Assembly: GCA_964619725.1 (NCBI GenBank)
Contig: CAZUFC010000203.1
Span: forward strand, 1 to 10,737
Source: an uncultured bacterium
Lineage (GTDB): Bacteria > CSSED10-310 > CAZUFC01
Direction: 5' to 3'
Length of the DNA: 10,737 nucleotides
The position numbers were made by a program, and so were the translations under genes. Positions 6,501-10,737 of this stretch are shown one piece after another. Position 1 is the first letter of the stretch, and each line of letters starts with the position of its first letter. The notes under the pieces are model-generated. The model saw only the letters and a list, made by a program, of their open reading frames with translations. It had not been told where the DNA came from and did not search any database.

Positions 6501-9159
6501 CGCCGTCATAATCAACAACGCTTCCAATACGACGATAGACGGTTTTGTGATCATCAACGGAAGGCAATACTACGGCGGAGGCATCTCATGTTACTCTTCC
6601 CGCCATGTCATCCTGCAAGACTGCATCATTGAATCCAATACAGCCGGTGAAAACGGCAACCTGGCCAGCGGCGGCGGAGCGTTCTTTGCTCATTGTTACG
6701 ATGTGCGGATAACAGGCAGCACGTTTCTGAACAACCAGGTCGTTGAAACGTCCGAAGGATACGGAGGAGCTTTGTACATCCATTCCTGCGGCCTGATGTC
6801 GGTCGATTCCTGTTCATTCGAATCGAACGCGGCGCCTTTCGCCGGAGGAGCAATAGCCTGCTTCGACGTCGACGATACGATTGTCATAAGCGATAATGAA
6901 TTCACAAAAAACCTGGCTTCCGGCAGCGGCACATCAGCGTCCATCCTGGGCGGCGCCGTATACTGCGCGGATGACGCATCGCCTGTCATATCTTCCAACA
7001 CGTTCACGGAAAATACCGCAGCCGTGACAGGCAGAGAAGCTATGGCTAAAGGCGGCGCCTTATTCCTGGACGGAGAGTCTCTTCTTTTCGAGAATAAATT
7101 CCTGGAAAATGAATCACATGCTGAAATTAATACATCCTACGGAAATAACCTGTACGTCTACTCCTACGGCGGCGCTCTTTTCGCCGGAGAAAACAGCGAC
7201 CTGACGGTCGATTCCAACTTTTTCCGTGACAATATCGCATACTCCTATTGTGAAAATACATCCGGCTCAAGGCGCGCTTACGCCTATTCCCACGGCGGCG
7301 GTATCTTTTGCGCCGCCGGCTCACAGACGGAAATCAGCATGTCCACCTTCCTCGAAAATACCGCCTACGCTTCCGCAAGAGAACAAGCCAGTTCGGGTCA
7401 TGCTTACGCTTACACCTATGGGGGAGCCGTTTACGTCGATGCCGATGCAAACGCGCTCATTCACGAATCAGCGCTCATAACCGACAATAAAGGCGAATCA
7501 TACGCATCAGGCAATTATAGGCAGCGGGGCTACTCCTACGGCGGAGGCGTTTATATCGCCGACGGAGCCGCAGACGTCACCGTTCACAGAGCGCTGATCG
7601 ACAACAACGATGCCTGGGGCAGTCCTGATCACTTCACCGTCGGCGACGGAATTTATATAAACTCCAACGACCCGGTGAGAGTTGTCGACTGTTTCATCAC
7701 CAATAACCAGGGTTACGGCATCTATTGTAATTCTTCGGGAGAAAACGTTAAAATCTATCACGACACCATAGCGGACAACACGAATTACGGAATATACAGA
7801 AATTCCGGCTCCCTGGAAATAACCAACTGCATTGTCTGGAACCATAACGACGACCTGTATGGAGTCGATGCCGTTCATTGCGCCCTCAGCGACGGCGATG
7901 CCGGAGAGGGCAACATCTCGGACGATCCCCAATTCGTAGGCAACAACGACTACCACATCCATGAAACCTCCCCATGCGTCAACGCCGGCACTTTCGTCAT
8001 GGAATTCGACCTCACCGACCAGGACTACGACGGACACGACAGGCCACTGGAAGGCGAATTCGACATAGGCGCTGATGAATTCTCAGGAGAACCCATCCTC
8101 AACCTGACAGTATTCGTAGACGGAATATATTCATCAGGCTCACAATTACCCGCACCGGTTGACATAGAACTGAGACAGGGCAGCTCTCCCGGCACAGCCG
8201 TCCACGTTTACGCCCGCATAGAAGACGTCCCTCTTGATGCGAACGGCAACACCGGCGATATGACCTTGACGGGTTACCAGGGCGGAGACTTTTACCTCTT
8301 CGTAGACCACAAGAACCATCTAAGCGTGATCACCCAGGAAAGACTGCACTTCACATACGTAGGCAAAACCACGGTAAACCTGTCTGACGAAACCAGTCCG
8401 AATTATAAAAAAGCATACGGATTCGAACCCATGAGCCCGGAAGCCGATGACATGCTGGCCATAAGAGGCGGAGACGCTGACGCTGACGGAGTAGTTAACG
8501 CCTCAGGCGACTTCGTAAAATGGCTCGTCGCCAACGGCAGCGTCCCCGCAGACCCCAACTGGGACGACCAGTGCGATTTTAATGACGACAATGTGGTTAA
8601 TTCCGCAGACTACTCCATATGGCTCAACCAGAACGGCAGAATCTCCTTCGTCCCGGACATCAACGATAAATCCGGCGCCGGAGAATATGAACTGAACATG
8701 AATGAATTGGAACTGAAAATAACGGAATACAGCGAATTGAACAACCAGGCTTTCATTACGGTAGAACTGATACTGAACGCGGAAACACCCGGAAAAATCC
8801 AGGCCGTAGATGCATTGATCGCCTACAATGAACAATACCTGGGACAACCAGTAAAAGAAAAAGATTACCTGCACCAGAACACAACCGATTTCTCAAGGGA
8901 AAACAATTACGACTGCAACGGAACAGCCTATCACTACAGCCGCGGCGCCATGCCAAATCAGGAAGGTTATAATGTCCGGAACGGAGAAAACAAGTTAATG
9001 AAACTGATCTTCCCCGTAAAAACGGTCCACCTGCAAAGCCTGACCGGCGTTAAAACGCCGCTCGGTCTAGTCCCCGGCATTACGGGTATTTCCCTGGAGG
9101 AACAGGAATCTCCGGAAATAATGAGAAACGTAGAAAAGGGGATCGATTGTTTAAGGTAA
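559..9159 (+). CDS. Large secreted multi-module right-handed parallel beta-helix protein (2866 aa from ATG 559) with a C-terminal dockerin-like region; probable adhesin or surface protein
   Basis: Signal peptide MMKKFLSLFLMLAIPLLLASGAADVAYA|QTD (AxA site, predicted cleavage after nt 642). Four homologous modules begin (D/E)(Y/F)YVDxxxGxDxNDGLxWxxAK, contain many GG(G/A)(I/L/V)(Y/F) and FxxN repeats, and end DYHxxxxSxCxxxG...DxDGxxRP...DIGADE. Stop TAA at 9157-9159. Confidence 0.88.
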   Translation: MMKKFLSLFLMLAIPLLLASGAADVAYAQTDYYVDQLNGDDGNDGLAWGTAKASVQAAVDIVSPPALIHVAEGTYTENVTVGADDIAMMGGYPEGGGARDPESYISIIDGNASGAALTVSNSVNFEVDGFTIRNGSTAYGGGISLDSCSSCVISNCIIEQNEAATAGAGIACLQSSVTLENNTIQNNTGAGADQGGGIFVSESDLTVTANIIQDNKVTASSAFGGGLSIDSYSIVLMNENELLNNYSVADGSHDTHSRGGGIYCLGDLTVTDCLFSGNEAQSTFNGGYNGNLQKYSYGGAVFCGDGGIVVSSENDYSTNQAYAYIINTSSSRRAYAYSYGGALYCDADGYMESVGDSLHENIAYAYGQDTASSGRGYGYSYGGALYLADGSSALIRAGVTVENNSATAQGSGSGSRDYAYVYGGGICTWGATADVTIDGITLKTNHLSATPNNTSLGEGIYVRETPLNLFNSFIHDIENEAVYLYSSDAQIIHCTIVYNDGYGIYADGGIPLVRNCILWGNNDDLYGLSAEYSDIQSGDAGPGNLDPPCPPMFAGNGDYHILPGSCCIDRGYPLDIPDHDFDGDYRPYAFGIPDIGADETSYDNPSPTPYATPFGTPSPVPTPANDYYVDGELGQDYNDGLSWSTAKETLGAALAAAAANGGGAVHVAAWTYHEKINAFDNLRLYGGYPAGGGPRDPSVNITVIDADNEDTPVRIGAVSNVVVDGFVITGGTSEYGGGIYIGHAKQVVINGNTITQNTAVHNPATNNLARGGGIYAMGTDIRISANKISYNAVTGSDALGGGIYCPNGYDIVISGNTLSYNTCEYAGGGCAITNQDSPVEIYDNVFEWNEATGAEGRGGGLFVDAGAEVSVTDNEFRDNRASNSNNVNSTVSGGGIYCAGQAGISGNLFLRNQSYNYFNSSYGDHAYQYAYGGALFCASGGILESSLNTYLENQAYSHSENTSSSRRGYAYGYGAAAYCDSGGKLVMSNDSMIENLSYAYGKDTASSGRGYAYARGGALYCTDESEVTIGIGSIIEHNLCHAEAYGSTRRAYTYGGGIYVTGAAASVLLDGLTVRNNSLYASPNNASIGHGIYVNSTAVQLFNSFIVENPGTGLYLEDSDSYIVNNTVAYNLNNGIYGAGGSAPLIRNCILWGHPDDLVNVTATYSDIQGADPGEGNLDPPCNPVFIGNGDYHLTEYSCCIDRGSFEGHLDHDVDGEQRPYAFGVPDIGADEVPGTNPTPTPYVTPFGTPTVGPSPTPSMDFYVDATNGDDENDGLSWGSAKASISASVNLAESAGGGNVHVAEGHYTENIFCVSYLTLLGGYPEGGGTRDPETHLTVIDGAHRDTVVRIPRVINVTIDGFMIVNGRGDYGGGFYVGRAQDILISNNRIENNYCVDVPSSRNLALGGGLYIHGNNIRLIDNTIIDNFVEGEEVLGGGIYCGGGSKILLDGNTISFNYSENIGGGIYVADSESPVTMTGNLFEGNIAESSNAKGGAVFVDSPASVALENNDFISNSVVSSNIADTTMMGGAVYCSGEAEITSNLFRNNESYNYYNGSYGNYLYQYSYGGALYCAEGCLVNSSDNEFIENSVHAHAENTSSSRRGYAYGYGAAIYCDQGSNLQIHNDILANNIAYTYAKDTASNGRGYAYSYGAALYCDDGGALTVGRGTLIEENLCEAYSYANSTRSAYVRGGGLYINGSNADVHINSLMLRSNQMYAEPNSGADGYGLYVNSTPLTLYNTFIVDHPGTAIYLNSAAPTIVNNTIAGNSGYGIYGSSSGSAFIRNCLLWNNDYDLNGLNADYSNIQSGTTGEGNLTPPCNPSFVGDGDYHLRHSSCCIDRGTNNYAPMDDFDGDYRPFGMGRNDIGADETSYTNPTPPPSVTPYTPTPTGSPTPTPASEYYVDLVNGDDENDGLSWATAKASITAALNSAVSGGFIRTAEGEYKENIQLLSDITLLGGYPSGGGARDPSANTTIINGRHDDAAVIINNASNTTIDGFVIINGRQYYGGGISCYSSRHVILQDCIIESNTAGENGNLASGGGAFFAHCYDVRITGSTFLNNQVVETSEGYGGALYIHSCGLMSVDSCSFESNAAPFAGGAIACFDVDDTIVISDNEFTKNLASGSGTSASILGGAVYCADDASPVISSNTFTENTAAVTGREAMAKGGALFLDGESLLFENKFLENESHAEINTSYGNNLYVYSYGGALFAGENSDLTVDSNFFRDNIAYSYCENTSGSRRAYAYSHGGGIFCAAGSQTEISMSTFLENTAYASAREQASSGHAYAYTYGGAVYVDADANALIHESALITDNKGESYASGNYRQRGYSYGGGVYIADGAADVTVHRALIDNNDAWGSPDHFTVGDGIYINSNDPVRVVDCFITNNQGYGIYCNSSGENVKIYHDTIADNTNYGIYRNSGSLEITNCIVWNHNDDLYGVDAVHCALSDGDAGEGNISDDPQFVGNNDYHIHETSPCVNAGTFVMEFDLTDQDYDGHDRPLEGEFDIGADEFSGEPILNLTVFVDGIYSSGSQLPAPVDIELRQGSSPGTAVHVYARIEDVPLDANGNTGDMTLTGYQGGDFYLFVDHKNHLSVITQERLHFTYVGKTTVNLSDETSPNYKKAYGFEPMSPEADDMLAIRGGDADADGVVNASGDFVKWLVANGSVPADPNWDDQCDFNDDNVVNSADYSIWLNQNGRISFVPDINDKSGAGEYELNMNELELKITEYSELNNQAFITVELILNAETPGKIQAVDALIAYNEQYLGQPVKEKDYLHQNTTDFSRENNYDCNGTAYHYSRGAMPNQEGYNVRNGENKLMKLIFPVKTVHLQSLTGVKTPLGLVPGITGISLEEQESPEIMRNVEKGIDCLR
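649..2355 (+). repeat. Beta-helix module 1 (569 aa)
   Basis: DYYVDQLNGDDGNDGLAWGTAK ... IHVAEGTYTE ... GGYP ... DIGADE; followed by a PT linker (NPSPTPYATPFGTPSPVPTP). Confidence 0.85.
2434..4254 (+). repeat. Beta-helix module 2 (607 aa)
   Basis: DYYVDGELGQDYNDGLSWSTAK ... DIGADE; followed by the linker NPTPTPYVTPFGTPTVGPSPTPS. Confidence 0.85.
4339..6162 (+). repeat. Beta-helix module 3 (608 aa)
   Basis: DFYVDATNGDDENDGLSWGSAK ... DIGADE; followed by the linker NPTPPPSVTPYTPTPTGSPTPTPAS. Confidence 0.85.
6250..8079 (+). repeat. Beta-helix module 4 (610 aa)
   Basis: EYYVDLVNGDDENDGLSWATAK ... DIGADE; no PT linker follows it. Confidence 0.85.
8470..8637 (+). other. Dockerin-like domain (duplicated Ca-binding loop-helix) within the large CDS
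   Basis: GDADADGVVNASGDFVKWL ... CDFNDDNVVNSADYSIWL: two DxN/DxDxxVNxxD loops, each followed by an amphipathic helix. Confidence 0.72.
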
Positions 9160-9176
9160 AATAAAATTGTCGAGAT

Positions 9177-9205
9177 AAAAAAGGGGGGAGTGATATCCCC
9201 CTTAT
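9177..9205. terminator. Intrinsic terminator-like hairpin between the convergent genes; better U-tract on the minus strand
   Basis: Stem GGGGGA (9184-9189) / TCCCCC (9196-9201) with loop GTGATA. The A6 run at 9177-9182 gives U6 on the minus strand; only TTAT follows on the plus strand. It starts 18 nt after the TAA stop. Confidence 0.6.
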
Positions 9206-9412
9206 AAAACTGAACCTTACTCACAATTGTCTGTTTGACGAATTCACCGCTGCTTGTTTCATCCAGAGCCATTTATTTCGACATCGGGGTCGGGATCGGG
9301 AGCGGAATACGTAATTGGGCATTGATCAAAAGCGCACATTTCGAGATTACAATTCGGCGCTGAATTGATTCGGATTATTCCCGAACTGCTATTCCTCCCA
9401 TTAAGCAGCCGA

Positions 9413-9578
9413 AAAGGGGAATTTACTGCGCTCCTTCAGAGCTTTCATTTTTTCTTGTCTGACCCAGGGTTGCGCTCCGCTTCGCTTCGCTTAACCCTGG
9501 GCTTTCGTACACCGCTCCTTCGGAGCTTAAGAGGTTTTTAGATCAATCCAAATTGTAAGACCCATTTGATCAGTCCCA
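9413..9578 (+). repeat. Composite REP/MITE-like element, left (long) copy
   Basis: Direct repeats CGCTCCTTCAGAGCTT (9429-9444) and CGCTCCTTCGGAGCTT (9513-9528, hairpin GCTCC-TTC-GGAGC) flank a 9-bp stem CCCAGGGTT (9463-9471) / AACCCTGGG (9493-9501). Both outer flanks recur in inverted orientation at 10575-10656. Confidence 0.8.
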
Positions 9579-9668
9579 AAAAATCAGCCGGCGGTTGGGG
9601 ATAGTCTTTTTATTTTGTCTTACTTTGCTTTGCCCTTATCCGTCAGGGGCGGCAGAAAAATCTTCGGA

Positions 9669-9691
9669 AAGCGGCAGGATGCCGCTTCTAC
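9669..9691 (-). repeat. GTAG-type REP palindrome (single copy)
   Basis: The minus strand reads GTAG-AAGCGGCA-TCC-TGCCGCTT: a GTAG tetranucleotide abutting a perfect 8-bp stem with a 3-nt loop. Confidence 0.7.
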
Positions 9692-9794
9692 ATTTGCTTC
9701 GTTCTTTCATGTTGGTTTTCAGAATGAATTTAGTGTTTTTTTTCATTTATCTTTACATAGCAATTAATGTCCTGCCCCACCAAGTCGAAACGTA

Positions 9795-10445
9795 TCAATC
9801 CTCTTTTCGACATAAAATTCGATAAGCTCTGATAACGTCGGACGGAAACGGTTCGTATAAAATATCGCCCTTCTTTGCATACAATTCTATACGCTTAATT
9901 TCACCCAGCAGCGTTCTCATAAATGGAATGCCCTTCGACTCAAAAAGCTCTTTTTCCTTTTCAAAACCGGTAACCGGCGGAGCATTAAACACTTTAATTT
10001 CCGGCAAATGCTTGCGGAACGTCAGGTTCACTCGCCGTTGCCGGTAGGCATTTGCCGTCAGTATCGCGGTCTTGACGTTTTTATGCTTTTTCATTGCATT
10101 CAGGATTTTTTTCACCTTAATGACGTTTTCCAGCGTATTCTTTGATTCCTTCTCGATTACTACTTTTTCATCAGGAATCTCGGGAAACTTCCTTTTTAAT
10201 TCCTCCTGAAAAGCTATAGCCTCTTCTTTTCCAAGGTCTCCAGTGCCGGCGCCGATACCGCCTGTAAAAATTATGCACTCCGTCTTCCCCTCCTGCAAAA
10301 GCTCACCGCACCGCCTGGGAACCTTTAAATCAAAATGACCGAATCCTATCACTGCGTCTGAACGACATATTTTTTCTGACCTTTCATAAAGATAATTGAA
10401 TATCACTTTTGCCGAACTGTTTTCATCATTTCTGGAAATACTCAC
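9795..10445 (-). CDS. YdcF / DUF218 (ElyC/SanA/YdcF) family protein, 216 aa from the probable GTG start
   Basis: Motifs DAVIGFG, IIFTGGIG, EEAIAF, VVIEKESKNTLENV and ILTANAYRQRRV fit the DUF218 pattern. AAGGAGG (complement of 10455-10461) lies 9 nt before GTG at 10445, whereas ATG 10553 has no SD. Stop TGA at 9795-9797. Confidence 0.85.
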   Translation of the reverse strand: MSISRNDENSSAKVIFNYLYERSEKICRSDAVIGFGHFDLKVPRRCGELLQEGKTECIIFTGGIGAGTGDLGKEEAIAFQEELKRKFPEIPDEKVVIEKESKNTLENVIKVKKILNAMKKHKNVKTAILTANAYRQRRVNLTFRKHLPEIKVFNAPPVTGFEKEKELFESKGIPFMRTLLGEIKRIELYAKKGDILYEPFPSDVIRAYRILCRKED

Positions 10446-10454
10446 TGGTCTGCC

Positions 10455-10461
10455 CCTCCTT
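10455..10461 (-). promoter_or_regulatory. Shine-Dalgarno AAGGAGG for the DUF218 gene
   Basis: Minus strand: AAGGAGG-ggcagacca-GTG agt att tcc. Confidence 0.75.
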
Positions 10462-10574
10462 GTAATAAAATCAGCATAAAAAAATGTGCTGTTTGCAGCG
10501 CTCTCAAATCCCTCCATCAGTCGGCATGCACAATAGGATAAGCTTCTTTTCATTAATTTTCAATATATCGATTA

Positions 10575-10656
10575 TGGGACTGATCAAACGGGAATTACAA
10601 TTTGGATCGATCCAAAAATCTCTTAAGCTCCGAAGGAACGCAGTAAATTACCGTTT
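10575..10656 (-). repeat. REP/MITE-like element, right (short, inverted) copy
   Basis: 10575-10640 is the reverse complement of 9513-9578 with 7 mismatches in 66 and no gaps. 10641-10656 is the reverse complement of 9413-9428 at 14/16. Confidence 0.85.
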
Positions 10657-10737
10657 CTGCGCTTTCGAGTGAGTCCGGTCAGTTAGCCCGCATTTCTCAT
10701 ACAAAACCTGTTACGAGCGTCCATATCCCCGCACCTT

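Noticed and set aside
649-8079. Autotransporter (Chlamydia Pmp-like) or pectate lyase assignment
   Set aside because: GGA(I/L/V)/FxxN repeats are present but there is no C-terminal beta-barrel, and no catalytic motif could be identified by eye.
43-9272. Many 60-180 aa antisense or alternate-frame ORFs overlapping the large gene
   Set aside because: Shadow ORFs produced by codon bias and repeats; none has a recognisable motif.
9429-9528. CRISPR mini-array or integron attC site
   Set aside because: Only two 16-bp repeats with a structured 68-bp interval and no cas genes. No RYYYAAC...GTTRRRY ends enclosing a long imperfect palindrome.
10446-10553. 36-aa N-terminal extension of the DUF218 ORF from ATG 10553
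   Set aside because: No SD at that ATG. A strong AAGGAGG precedes GTG 10445 and the family-like sequence begins after it.
9513-10640. Repeat pair as a diversity-generating retroelement TR/VR
   Set aside because: Only 4 of 7 mismatches are at adenines of the left copy, both copies are non-coding, and there is no reverse transcriptase in the window.
9595-10672. Small + strand ORFs 9595-9825 and 10484-10672
   Set aside because: They run through REP or inverted-repeat DNA, have no good SD and lack protein-like motifs.

Overview
About 9.2 kb of the window is one uninterrupted + strand reading frame, open from base 1 (5'-truncated) to TAA at 9159. It looks like two secreted proteins joined with no stop codon between them. 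The first is the tail of a Pro/Thr-rich stalk protein ending in an IPTL-CTERM-like membrane anchor (about 1-549). The second is a 2866-aa exported protein with its own Shine-Dalgarno site and Sec signal peptide (559-9159). It has four 569-610 aa parallel beta-helix modules (DUF1565-like cap, Pmp-like GGA[I/L/V]/FxxN repeats, choice-of-anchor-Q-like tail) joined by PT linkers, then an HxNH domain, a dockerin-like domain and a possible cohesin-like domain. Downstream are a terminator-like hairpin, a cluster of REP-like palindromes and a convergent, more AT-rich YdcF/DUF218 gene (probable GTG start at 10445). That gene is bracketed by an inverted repeat (59/66 identical) whose right copy is a precise 84-bp internal-deletion variant of the left. 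No RNA genes, CRISPR array, transposase or reverse transcriptase were seen. All family assignments come from motif recognition by eye, not database searches.
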